Source of the DNA: Candidatus Oxydemutatoraceae bacterium
GTDB taxonomy: Bacteria > Pseudomonadota > Gammaproteobacteria > Poriferisulfidales > Oxydemutatoraceae
Direction: 5' to 3'
DNA length: 64,000 nucleotides
Assembly: GCA_965218975.1 (NCBI GenBank)
Contig: OZ244717.1
Span: forward strand, 736,001 to 800,000
The notes below the pieces were generated by a model. The model was not told where the DNA came from, did not search any database, and saw only the letters and a program-made list of their open reading frames with translations. Made by a program: the position numbers and the translations under genes. This document shows, piece after piece, positions 43,351-52,614 of this stretch. Positions within the stretch are counted from its first letter, which is position 1. Each line of letters starts with the position of its first letter.

Positions 43351-44142
43351 TTAGGCTTGAAGCACTGCCGCGATTTTTTCTGCCATCACTTTATACAACT
43401 GCGGATTCGCCGCCAAAGTATCGCCGACGATTAAGTGATGATGACCGCCGGATAAGTCGCCGACCATCCCGCCCGCTTCTTGCACCAGCAAACTACCGGC
43501 GGCAATATCCCATATATTCAGATTAAATTCCCAAAAACCGTCTAAGCGTCCCGTCGCGACATACGCTAAATCTAAGGACGCCGCACCGGCGCGGCGCACA
43601 CCCGATGTGCCACGAATTAAACCATCGAGTACACGCATATACTCGGCGATATTGCTCTGATGTTGATAGGGAATACCAGTGCCGAGAAGCGCCGATTGCA
43701 ATGTTGGCCTGTCGGCAACGCGGATTTTCCTTTGGTTAAGCAGAGCGCCTTGCCCTTTTGCTGCGGCAAACAGTTCATTGCGATTCGGGTCATAGACTAC
43801 ACCGGCAACCACTTCCTGTTTGTGCATCAGTGCGATGGAAACGGCAAAGTGCGGAAAGTTGTGCAGGAAATTGGTCGTGCCGTCCAAAGGATCGATTAAC
43901 CAACGATAGTCGCTGTCTTTGTCTCCGTGCAGTCCGCTCTCCTCGGATAAAACAGCATGCTTCGGGTACGCTTTCAAAATAATACGGAGTATCTCTTTTT
44001 CACAAGCAATGTCCACTTCGCTCACAAAATTGTTGGGGGTCTTTTCCCAAATATCGAGATACCGGATATCGGAGAACTTTAGCGACATGATTTTACCGGC
44101 GGCGAGCGCCGCTCTTTCAGCAATATGAAGGTAAGGTGACAA
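43351..44142 (-). CDS. suhB: Inositol monophosphatase SuhB
   Basis: WLIDPLDGTTNF, WDIAAG; divergent from trmJ. Confidence 0.93.
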   Translation of the reverse strand: MSPYLHIAERAALAAGKIMSLKFSDIRYLDIWEKTPNNFVSEVDIACEKEILRIILKAYPKHAVLSEESGLHGDKDSDYRWLIDPLDGTTNFLHNFPHFAVSIALMHKQEVVAGVVYDPNRNELFAAAKGQGALLNQRKIRVADRPTLQSALLGTGIPYQHQSNIAEYMRVLDGLIRGTSGVRRAGAASLDLAYVATGRLDGFWEFNLNIWDIAAGSLLVQEAGGMVGDLSGGHHHLIVGDTLAANPQLYKVMAEKIAAVLQA

Positions 44143-44279
44143 TATTTCTCGTCCGATTAATTATTAGTTTACTCAATGTGCGCAGACAAGTCTTGCTTAT
44201 TGAATCTTTCAGCGCTTCATTTTACGCATTATTAAACGGATGCGGAACAAAGATTCTATGCCGATCGGTATAATTCCCG

Positions 44280-45056
44280 ATGATGAATACAAATGATGCT
44301 AAACATAGCGGCGGTGGGAGCGGTATTTTGGAATGCAGTGCCCGACTACGCTTCGTGTTGGTTGAGCCGACTCATCCCGGCAATATCGGGGCGACGGCGC
44401 GTGCGATGAAAACGATGGGACTGACGCGCTTGGCAGTGGTGCAATCATGTTGTTTCCCTGATAATCATGCGACAGCGATGGCGGTTGGAGCCGCAGATGT
44501 GTTGGAACAAGCGACTCGTCCCGATTCGTTAGCGGATGCGGTTGCCGATTATCACCTAGTGATAGGGACAAGCGCACGTGCCCGGCATTTGCGTTGGCCG
44601 ATAATATCGCCGTCTGCGGCGGCGGAGAAAATTTGTGGGTTATCTGTAAATTTGCGGGCGGCGATTGTGTTCGGACGAGAGAGTGCCGGTTTGAGCAATG
44701 CGGAGCTGGACCTGTGTCAGTATCTGGTGCATATTCCTTGTAATCCTAATTTCAATTCGCTTAATCTTGCATCGGCAGTGCAGGTGATCGCGTATGAAAT
44801 TTATTGTTGTGCAACAAGCTTAGCGTCGGCGAAAACGGTTCTTGTCGATGCGATGGATTTACCCGCACCTTTGACTGAAGTTGAAAGATTCTTCGCTCAT
44901 CTCCAAAATGCGCTGCAGGGTTCCGGCTTTTTGAAAAACCGGCAACCGGTTTCATTGATGCGTCGCCTACGCAGGTTGTTTCATCGCGCACACTTGACAC
45001 AACGTGAAGTCAATATATTGCACGGAATGATTAGTGCATTCGAAGAGAAAAATTGA
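44280..45056 (+). CDS. trmJ: tRNA (C32/U32-2'-O)-methyltransferase
   Basis: HPGNIGATARAMKTMG, FGRES.GL.N.EL, SLNLA.AVQ. Confidence 0.93.
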   Translation: MMNTNDAKHSGGGSGILECSARLRFVLVEPTHPGNIGATARAMKTMGLTRLAVVQSCCFPDNHATAMAVGAADVLEQATRPDSLADAVADYHLVIGTSARARHLRWPIISPSAAAEKICGLSVNLRAAIVFGRESAGLSNAELDLCQYLVHIPCNPNFNSLNLASAVQVIAYEIYCCATSLASAKTVLVDAMDLPAPLTEVERFFAHLQNALQGSGFLKNRQPVSLMRRLRRLFHRAHLTQREVNILHGMISAFEEKN

Positions 45057-45193
45057 GCGGATGCTTCTTGATATATTGTTGTTTTATACGGGCATGACAG
45101 GAAAATTCATACGATTTCTTGCTAAAAGTTCCTAAGCATCTATCCGTTTGCTTCAAAGCGGAAGCAGGTAATGAGCGACATCCTTCAAGGCAT

Positions 45194-45948
45194 TGTACGT
45201 GTCCGGATACATACTGGATTCTTGGACGTCAATAAAAAGGTGACCGACATGCAATACCAGCACATTGGCCACCGCATCAAAGGTTTCTATATGAGCCAAT
45301 TTTGCTTCAAAAATAGAGGCTATATAGAGGCTATTATGAACACAACGGCTCAACAGAAATATGATGCCCTATTATTTTTGGAGGGTTGTAACTCCCGAAC
45401 GCATTCAAGATCGGTCGCAGTACTTTGTACCGCTGGCGTCGGCGTTATCGCCGCACTGGCCTCAGCACCTTACATGATCGCGGTAAAGCGCCGCGTAAGA
45501 GGCGCCAGCGGATTGTCAGTAAAGTGCTTGTCGTCCATGACGAGACTTGGTTCTGTCAATGAGCGCCAGCCCTGACGTCCTTGTCGAGTCGTTCGCCGCT
45601 GAAAACCGGTCGGTTTTCCGGGCGCGTCTCACCCTGCGCCAGGCTTATCCGAATCTCGGCAGCAGTAAAATCTTTGAGCTGATGAAACCGTTTTGTGTTT
45701 GTTGGCGGATTGTGCCGGATTGTCGGCAAAGTGCCTGTCATCCATGACGCGACTTGGTTCTGTCAACAAGCCCCAGCCCCGACATCCTTGTCGGGTCGTT
45801 CGCCGCTGAAAACCGGTCGGTTTTCCGGGCGCGTCTCACCCTGCACCGTCCTCATGCCGGCAACGGACAGAAAGCACCGATCCGAATGTTACTGCCGAAC
45901 GCTTCCCCCGAAGCCCTTCAAAAATCCCATTTAGAGTGGCATCGTACA
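45194..45948 (+). mobile_element. Internally deleted IS481-family element with two 98-bp units
   Basis: Begins TGTACGTGTCCGG, ends GGCATCGTACA; N-terminal MQYQHIGHRIKGFY and HTH fragments; HRPH C-terminal fragment. Confidence 0.85.
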
Positions 45949-45953
45949 TCGGT

Positions 45954-45982
45954 TTGACAAATCGCCGGAACGACGTTATTCT
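45954..45982 (+). promoter_or_regulatory. sigma70 promoter of cassette A
   Basis: TTGACA-17bp-TATTCT. Confidence 0.7.
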
Positions 45983-45989
45983 CGTTTAC

Positions 45990-46128
45990 AATAACGTTAT
46001 GAGCCTTGAGGTAACTAATGCTCATAACCGGCGATGTTGTCGGCGCCTCAAAACCGATACTTGTCCATGATGCGGGACGAACATCCCGTGCGGGCGTTTC
46101 TCCATGCGGGCGTAGCCCTCAACTTAAA
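45990..46128 (+). ncRNA. Candidate structured leader RNA (homologous to minus-strand leaders at ~48520-48640 and ~36920-37030)
   Basis: GTTATGAGC/GCTCATAAC stem; loop TTGAGG complementary to CCTCAA; shared AAACCGATACTTG and TCCAT..GGG blocks. Confidence 0.45.
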
Positions 46129-46350
46129 ATGGAGACGATTATAGAAATTACTGCTGAGAAATTTGAACAGGAAATTCGAAAGCTTGAGCAGGGACAAAAG
46201 GACCTTGAGCAGGGACAAAAGAACCTTGAGCAAAAGCTGTCCGACTCTCATCGTGAATTTATTATCTGGGTGGTCGGTTTGTTCATCGGCACCGGGGTGC
46301 TGATGACCGCCTTGGGCAGCCTGTATATCAACATTCTGCTTGTGAATTAG
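46129..46350 (+). CDS. Small coiled-coil protein with C-terminal TM (cassette A; CCDC90/DUF1640-like architecture)
   Basis: METIIEITAE, LEQGQKD/N heptads encoded by a 21-bp tandem repeat, WVVGLFIG TM. Confidence 0.7.
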   Translation: METIIEITAEKFEQEIRKLEQGQKDLEQGQKNLEQKLSDSHREFIIWVVGLFIGTGVLMTALGSLYINILLVN

Positions 46351-46400
46351 GTTTCAGTTGCTAGGTCTTTGGTTATACTGACGAAGCTTTGCCGAGCGCA

Positions 46401-46435
46401 ACACGGAAAGCCGCCTTCGAGCGGCTTTTTCGTGT
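46401..46435 (+). terminator. Rho-independent terminator of cassette A
   Basis: ACACGGAAAGCCGCCTTCGAGCGGCTTTTTCGTGT. Confidence 0.75.
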
Positions 46436-46620
46436 CAGGACTTTAAGTTGCCTGCCTGCCCCGCGGCGTTTTCGTCCGTTTCGGCGTCTCCGGCGAAAAA
46501 TCGACAGCGAAACTCGCCCGTAGCGCGACGATTCGGAAGGTAAAAAGTATCCCGCGCGATACCCCCTAATTCGGCGCTTCGGTTTTCGGTCGAGAGTGCC
46601 AAATGTTATGGGCCTATACA

Positions 46621-46990
46621 GTGAGTTTCAAGGACAGTTTGCCCGGCTCATCCGGGAATCACCCGCGATTGAGCAGTGGCTAACCTATCCCAAGTGTCCA
46701 AAAATGAACGCGCACATCGAGCGCTTCAACCGCACCGTCCAAGAAGATTGTATCGATCATGCGGAAGACCTGCTATTTACCGATACGGAAGCATTCAATG
46801 ACCGGTTATGAAACCGTTTTGTGTTTGTTGGCGGATTGTGCCGGATTGTCGGCAAAGTGCCTGTCATCCATGACGCGACTTGGTTCTGTCAACAAGCTCC
46901 AGCCCCGACATCCTTGTCGGGTAGTTCGCCGCTGAAAACCGGTCGGTTTTCCGGGCGCGTCTCACCCTGCTCGTCCATGCCGAGACTTGG
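46621..46990 (+). mobile_element. IS481 catalytic-domain fragment plus one 98-bp unit
   Basis: SEFQGQFA..YPKCPKMNAHIERFNRTVQED, nearly identical to 3464-3650. Confidence 0.8.
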
Positions 46991-47261
46991 CGCTGCCGAA
47001 CGCATCCTCGTAATGGCAGAGCAGGACGTTCAACATATGCGCAATTTTGAGAACAAGGCTTTAGACGCCGCCCGTTACCAACAACTCACGGGACAGGTCT
47101 GCGGTTTTATCATCGGCATCATCGCATTATTCGCAGCGGTCGCCGCTTTATTCCTTGGCCATGAAGTTGTCGCTGCGATTATCGGCGCTACAACGGTAGC
47201 TAGCCTCGGTGCTGTTTTTGTAACAGGAAGGATCGCCAAGCCAAAAGGCAGAGGCATATAA
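46989..47261 (+). pseudogene. 5'-truncated DUF2335 membrane protein fused to the repeat unit
   Basis: GAAERILVMAEQ...H..., GQ..GF, two TM; near-identical to 49385-49657. Confidence 0.7.
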
Positions 47262-47641
47262 CGCTTTGGAGAATGTATACACCGCCGGTTGAAGTGTGCC
47301 CCGCTTTCTCATTAATAACCTACGTGAATTAGCGGCAACCGAGATGAGGGGCACGAAACCGCTTCAAAGTTTTGTTTTAATTAAATTGCGGAGATTTAGC
47401 ACATCCAAGTCAAGCGTCTAAGTCTGCCGGAATGATAGAATACAAACCGACATAAATCCGAACCGCGATAAAGTGAACAGCGCAATGTTTCAAGTTCACT
47501 TCAAAAAGCATAGATTCAAGGGGATACGAGATAGACTCAAAAGAGTTGAGTGCCTTCTCTCGCCGCGGTGAATAATCTGTTTGAGGCAGCGGACACCGTC
47601 TTAAACGAAGGACGTTTAATCTTGCTTTAACTGCCACTTAA

Positions 47642-48055
47642 TTAGCGAATACGCCAGGGTTTCAAAAACTGGGATAAAAGAAAAGAAACACCTAGTAACC
47701 CTAACCCGCCCGCGGCCCATCCATGGCCGCTTATTGCCAAATAAGTACCAAGAAAAAGTCCTAACACCGCTAAGAAAAAAGCCATATATTGACCACGCTT
47801 TACATGCCCATTTGCCTGAGCTAACCCATGGCTTTTCATATCAATGATATGCTTTTGCCTGTCCTCCGCCATGCAAATAATGCGGTCAGCCGCCCCTTTA
47901 ATCACATCCTCGTACTTTTGCAATTCCGACGAGCGTGGTAGAGGGCCCTTATGCTGCTCCATCTGCACCACACGACGGAGGTCCTTGCTTTGATCAGGGA
48001 CGTTGCGCGGCTTGCTTTTCTGTAACGGCTGCTTTGTACTCTTCCGTTTGCTCAT
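47642..48055 (-). CDS. DUF2335 family membrane protein
   Basis: GPLP.SSELQKYE....GAADRI..MAE..Q.H, RGQ..AF, two TM. Confidence 0.82.
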   Translation of the reverse strand: MSKRKSTKQPLQKSKPRNVPDQSKDLRRVVQMEQHKGPLPRSSELQKYEDVIKGAADRIICMAEDRQKHIIDMKSHGLAQANGHVKRGQYMAFFLAVLGLFLGTYLAISGHGWAAGGLGLLGVSFLLSQFLKPWRIR

Positions 48056-48203
48056 AATCGTTCAGAGCATCACGCAAGCAGCTGCCGACACCGGTCCAAA
48101 CTAATTCCTCTATTTCTTCCTCGCTCTTGCGCGATGGGATGTTCATAGGAGAAATCAGCGATAGAGCCCCCCGCAAAAGATTTTTCGCAATTATGCTTTC
48201 CAT
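47994..48203 (-). CDS. Small hypothetical protein upstream of DUF2335
   Basis: W.GVG..LRDAL..YE motif of the small partner I recall preceding DUF2335 genes; overlaps its start. Confidence 0.55.
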   Translation of the reverse strand: MESIIAKNLLRGALSLISPMNIPSRKSEEEIEELVWTGVGSCLRDALNDYEQTEEYKAAVTEKQAAQRP

Positions 48204-48289
48204 GATTCTCATCCTAATACTATATTCAAAAAACGATTCAAGTGTACGATGCTGTATAGGCCCATAACATTCGGCACTCCAGGTGGTGA

Positions 48290-48496
48290 TTACCAGATCA
48301 GAGTCAGGACGCCGATGACGGCGAACAGCGTCGTGAACGCGAGCGTCACGAACCACGTCTTCACCGAGTCGACTTTGCTTTCCAGTTTCTCAAAGCGGCG
48401 ATCGAGCGCTTGATCGCGTTTGTCGAGTTCTTCTTTGAATTTGACCTTCAGCTCTTGTTGCTGTTGACAGATCGTCTCTAAAGTAATTTCCATCAT
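48290..48496 (-). CDS. Small coiled-coil protein with C-terminal TM (cassette B)
   Basis: MMEITLE...LDRRFEKLESKVDSVKTWFVTLAF TM; preceded by the conserved leader. Confidence 0.7.
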   Translation of the reverse strand: MMEITLETICQQQQELKVKFKEELDKRDQALDRRFEKLESKVDSVKTWFVTLAFTTLFAVIGVLTLIW

Positions 48497-48645
48497 CGTC
48501 TTCATTATAGGTTGATTCACAAGAAAATGCCCTAATGGATTCGGCCCCTTACAGGAGCGCCATCCCGTCGGGGCAAGTATCGGTTTCGAGGCGCTGGCCG
48601 GGTCGTGAGCAGTTAATGCCTCCGAAGCTCATAATATTGTGCTTA

Positions 48646-48673
48646 AGAATACGCCGTTCCGGTGGTCCGTCAA
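48646..48673 (-). promoter_or_regulatory. sigma70 promoter of cassette B
   Basis: TTGACG-16bp-TATTCT; spacer CCGGAACG shared with cassette A. Confidence 0.55.
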
Positions 48674-48675
48674 AT

Positions 48676-49284
48676 TTAATGAAAGCGCCGAAATTTTGGA
48701 GGTTTTTTCAACCGTGATAATTCGGTTTTTAACTCATCTATCTTTGCTTCGAGCCTGGCTACGTCGGTCTTGGTTGCGGATTCATTCGTATGTGCGAATG
48801 TTGGCGGAAAGTTTAGATAGTCTGCTGTGTGGCATCTGGAAATTTTAGCATCGCGATCATGCGGAGCAAATTTACTCAGTAACGAAGCTATGGTATCAAA
48901 CGGAGTAAAATCCGGAGTAAAATCACATAGCTGCTGAATTGACTTTTGAAGCCGGCGCCGAGGAGCATCTATTTGGGCAAGACGTTGCACTGATTCCTGC
49001 ATCTGCTGTAACGGCTGATAGAAGTTCTGCTTTGCGATGGTTGCCAAAGCTCTCTGTAGAGACTTTGCTGAGAACTTATTTTGTTCATCTAAAAACCTTT
49101 GTCTGTTCATAAAATTTTCCTGAAGCTGGCGCTGAGTAGCAACTATTTGGTCAGGACGTTGCACTAATTCCTGCATCTGCTGTAACGGCGGATAGAAGTT
49201 CTGCTTTGCGATGGTTGCCAAAGCTCTCTGTAGAGACTTTGCTGAGAACTTATTTTGTTCATCTAAAAACCTTTGTCTGTTCAT
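48676..49284 (-). CDS. Hypothetical protein with a 58-aa internal duplication and an ATKTD coiled-coil tail
   Basis: 174-bp direct repeat; C-terminal SATKTDVARLEAKIDELK. Confidence 0.5.
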   Translation of the reverse strand: MNRQRFLDEQNKFSAKSLQRALATIAKQNFYPPLQQMQELVQRPDQIVATQRQLQENFMNRQRFLDEQNKFSAKSLQRALATIAKQNFYQPLQQMQESVQRLAQIDAPRRRLQKSIQQLCDFTPDFTPFDTIASLLSKFAPHDRDAKISRCHTADYLNFPPTFAHTNESATKTDVARLEAKIDELKTELSRLKKPPKFRRFH

Positions 49285-49344
49285 AAAATTTTCCTGAAGA
49301 ATATTCTAATAAATAATAATCAAAAGTTAATAGAAGCCCGGATG

Positions 49345-49367
49345 AAAAAAGCCGCCCGAAGGCGGCT
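49345..49367 (-). terminator. Rho-independent terminator-like hairpin
   Basis: AGCCGCCTTCGGGCGGCTTTTTT on the minus strand. Confidence 0.65.
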
Positions 49368-49375
49368 ACAATCAA

Positions 49376-49657
49376 GTGGTTCCCGGCGCTGCCGAACGCA
49401 TCCTCGTAATGGCAGAGCAGGACGCTCAACATGTGCGCAATTTTGAGAACAAGGCTTTAGACGCCGCCCGTTACCAACAACTCACGGGACAGGTCTGCGG
49501 TTTTATCATCGGCATCATCGCATTATCCGCAACGATCGCCGCTTTATTCCTTGGCCATGAAGTTGTCGCTGCGATTATCGGCGCTACAACGGTAGCTAGC
49601 CTCGGCGCCGTCTTTGTAACAGGAAGAATCGCCAAGCCGAAAGGCAGAGGCACATAA
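49376..49657 (+). pseudogene. 5'-truncated DUF2335 membrane protein
   Basis: Starts at VVPGAAERIL and lacks the N-terminal GPLP motif. Confidence 0.65.
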
Positions 49658-49747
49658 CGCTTTGGGAAATGTATACACCGCCGGTTGAAGTGCGACCCGC
49701 TTCCTCATTAATAACCTACGCGCATTAGCGGCAACCGAAATGAAGGG

Positions 49748-50060
49748 TGTACGATGCCACCCTAAATGGGATTTTTGCAGCGCTTCTCTGTCTGCATACT
49801 CACAGGCAGGCACGCACAAGCAGGGTCTCGTCATGGGTGAGACGCGCCCGGAAAACCGATCGGTTTTCAGCGGCGAACGACCCGACAAGGATGTCGGGGC
49901 TGGGGCTTGTTGACAGAACCCAGTCGCGTCATGGATGACAGGCACTTTGCCGACAATCAGGCACTTTGCCGACAATCAGGCACTTTGCCGACAATCCGGC
50001 ACTTTGCCGACAATCAGGCACAATCCGCCGAACATCCGCCAACAAACACAAAACGGTTCA
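49748..50060 (-). mobile_element. IS481 right end, one 98-bp unit and a 19-bp tandem repeat
   Basis: TGTACGATGCCAC at 49748; GGCACTTTGCCGACAATC(A) repeated about 4 times. Confidence 0.8.
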
Positions 50061-50076
50061 GCCGATTGTTGAACGC

Positions 50077-50330
50077 TGTACGTGTCCGGTATTCCGGACA
50101 TAGTAGGAAAGTTGCCGAGCAATGACTTGATAACGAAGTCATATCGTTTAGTTCTCGGTGGAGGGCGCTCGACGTCGTAACGTTGTAGGTCATTAATCAT
50201 CCGCTGGTAAAACTCACCGATGTCTTCAAGTAATTATTCTCTTTGGTAGTCGATAAATTCTTCTTAGACAATACGGCCGAAGCGCTCATTTCAGCATTCA
50301 TCTTCGGACATTCCGGACCGGGTAACTTAC
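50077..50330 (-). mobile_element. Divergent IS481 3' remnant
   Basis: Stop-interrupted GRIV*EEFIDYQRE*LLEDIGEFYQRM..RYDVERP; end TGTACGTGTCCGG identical to the left end at 45194. Confidence 0.65.
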
Positions 50331-50338
50331 TATCTCAA

Positions 50339-50995
50339 TCAATCCTTATCCCGGGTGTCAATCTCATATTCCACCGCCATGACTGCCGCTTCGACTCGTG
50401 AATGCACTCCGAGCTTGCGTAAAATCGCTTTCACATGCAATTTCACTGTTCCTTCCGAAATACCTAATTGATTAGCGATAGATTTATTGCTTTGTCCTTC
50501 GGCAAGCAAATTCAATGCCTCGCGTTCGCGCGGCGTTAACGTTTTAATCGGATGATCCTGGCGCATACGGCGACGATAGAGGGCACGCGAATATGATTGT
50601 CGCATCGCCGGCGAAAACACAATTTCACCGACAACCGCTTTACGCAATGCAACCACCAAGTTATCCGGGTCAATATCTTTAAGCAAATAACCCTGTGCTC
50701 CGGCCTGCATGGTCCGGACAACATCTTCCTCATTTCTGCTGGTCGTAAGCACCACAATCGCCTGCTTCATTTTCTTCGCAATCAACTGCTTCAACACTGC
50801 CAAACCATTCATATCGGGCATACGCAAATCAAGTAAAACAACATCGGGAGCGGTCCGCTTCACCTGTTCAATCCCTTCCTGTCCGCTGCCGACCGATGCG
50901 ACCACTTCGATATTGCGGCTAACAAGCAAACGTTCCAATCCTTCGCGAAACAGGGTGTGATCGTCAATCACTACGACACGCAATTTATTCGCCAT
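50339..50995 (-). CDS. NarL/LuxR-family response regulator
   Basis: VVIDDH.LFREG, LLDLRMP, LTPRE..., GTVKLHVKAILRKL. Confidence 0.92.
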   Translation of the reverse strand: MANKLRVVVIDDHTLFREGLERLLVSRNIEVVASVGSGQEGIEQVKRTAPDVVLLDLRMPDMNGLAVLKQLIAKKMKQAIVVLTTSRNEEDVVRTMQAGAQGYLLKDIDPDNLVVALRKAVVGEIVFSPAMRQSYSRALYRRRMRQDHPIKTLTPREREALNLLAEGQSNKSIANQLGISEGTVKLHVKAILRKLGVHSRVEAAVMAVEYEIDTRDKD

Positions 50996-51000
50996 AATGT

Positions 51001-52584
51001 CTAGGCTGTTTTAACAGCCGTCGGATAACGAAACCGCAATTTAACCCGCGTCCCCTCACCGGGTTCGGTATCGATAACCAATTCGCCTTTGATGCGAGCG
51101 GCACATTCGCGCATCATAGTCAAACCAAAATGCCCTTCTTTCACAGTCGTTAACGCGACGTTTTCCATACCGCAGCCGTTATCTTCGATCATGACGAAAT
51201 AATTGTGATCTTTATCATCGCGTAACAATAATCGGACAAAATCAGCCCCGCTGTGTTTATACACATTGGCAAGCGCTTCTTGAATGACCCGTAAAATTTC
51301 ATTTTCGTATTCCACCGGCAAATCTTGCACTGCCCACTCTTTTTGCACAAACACTTTTATCTTCGGATGATTCCGACGAAACCGCCGCACAAATTCATCA
51401 ATCGAACGAAAGCTCTTCTTATGCAACGAAGCGGGGGACGTATCTCGGAAATGAACAATTAAATTGCGTACCTCGCGGTTTGCCGACTCAATATCATTCT
51501 CAAGTTTTTCCAGCTCCCGCCAAGCGGTTTCCTCGTCATTCTCATGCATTGCTTGATCCAACACACGTGCCTGAAATCGCAAGCTGCTGATTGTTTGCGC
51601 CAATGAGTCGTGCAGTTCGTGCGCAATCCGAGTACGCTCCTTCATAATGGACAAACGCTTGGTTTCCTCATCCAAGCGCGACTTCACCACTACCATTCCA
51701 AGGTGATAACCGACACTGGCAAATAATTCATCCAACACGGAGCGGCGAGAAAAAGTTTCCTGATCAAGGTACAAACAACATATTCCGAGCACATCGCCAT
51801 AATGCTTCAGCGGAATCACTAATCGGCGATACTTCGGCGAATCTTTTAAAAACGGATTGTCTTCCGCCATAAACCGAATGTCCTCGATTGCAGGAACCGT
51901 ACCGGTTTGCGCGACTCGCCACATTCCGCCGTTTTCCAAGCGTAGGCGAATCATCGCGCCGTCCAAATTGAAGATGTCTTCCAATGTTTTGAGCACATTG
52001 TTGAACACCTCATCCATACTCTGCAATGTATTGATGCTGGTTGCAATCCGATACAACGCGGCAAGCGAGCGTGTTTTTTGCGTGATGTGCTCAGTGTGTT
52101 CGCGCAATTGTCTCTCGGCATAACGCGATTGCGTTTCAAGCATCGTCGCCAATGTGTTCAAATCGGCGTTAATACAGGCGAAATTGGCCGCAACCGATTC
52201 GGGCAAACGCGCGGACAAATTGCCCGCATGTATTGACAACAACCATTGCTTTAATTGTGCCATCGGTTTCAGAAAGTCCGACCACAACCAATACAACGCA
52301 CCGAACAAAACCGCTAACGCGGCGGATAATCCGTACATCCACCATATCGGCAATGCATCCGATAAAGAAATAGCGGCGGAGGTATTCATCCGGCTACTAA
52401 CCGCGGCAATCGCCAGCACCACCGTCATCAGCGCGAAAAAAACCAACGCGATAATACTGCGTTGCGCGAACGGCTTATTTAAAAAATCGGAACGTTGTTG
52501 CGCTAAGCGTTGCGACGTTAAATCCGCCGGTGCGGACTCCGCCAAAGACGATTCACGATTCAATTTGAAAGTTTTGAATAGCAT
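51001..52584 (-). CDS. NarX-like HisKA_3 sensor kinase (HAMP, GAF-like)
   Basis: ERTRIAHELHDSLAQ, QEALANV.KH, EDNG.G, HFGL..MRE. Confidence 0.9.
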   Translation of the reverse strand: MLFKTFKLNRESSLAESAPADLTSQRLAQQRSDFLNKPFAQRSIIALVFFALMTVVLAIAAVSSRMNTSAAISLSDALPIWWMYGLSAALAVLFGALYWLWSDFLKPMAQLKQWLLSIHAGNLSARLPESVAANFACINADLNTLATMLETQSRYAERQLREHTEHITQKTRSLAALYRIATSINTLQSMDEVFNNVLKTLEDIFNLDGAMIRLRLENGGMWRVAQTGTVPAIEDIRFMAEDNPFLKDSPKYRRLVIPLKHYGDVLGICCLYLDQETFSRRSVLDELFASVGYHLGMVVVKSRLDEETKRLSIMKERTRIAHELHDSLAQTISSLRFQARVLDQAMHENDEETAWRELEKLENDIESANREVRNLIVHFRDTSPASLHKKSFRSIDEFVRRFRRNHPKIKVFVQKEWAVQDLPVEYENEILRVIQEALANVYKHSGADFVRLLLRDDKDHNYFVMIEDNGCGMENVALTTVKEGHFGLTMMRECAARIKGELVIDTEPGEGTRVKLRFRYPTAVKTA

Positions 52585-52614
52585 GCCGACTAATGCATTA
52601 CGGCTTTCGGCACA

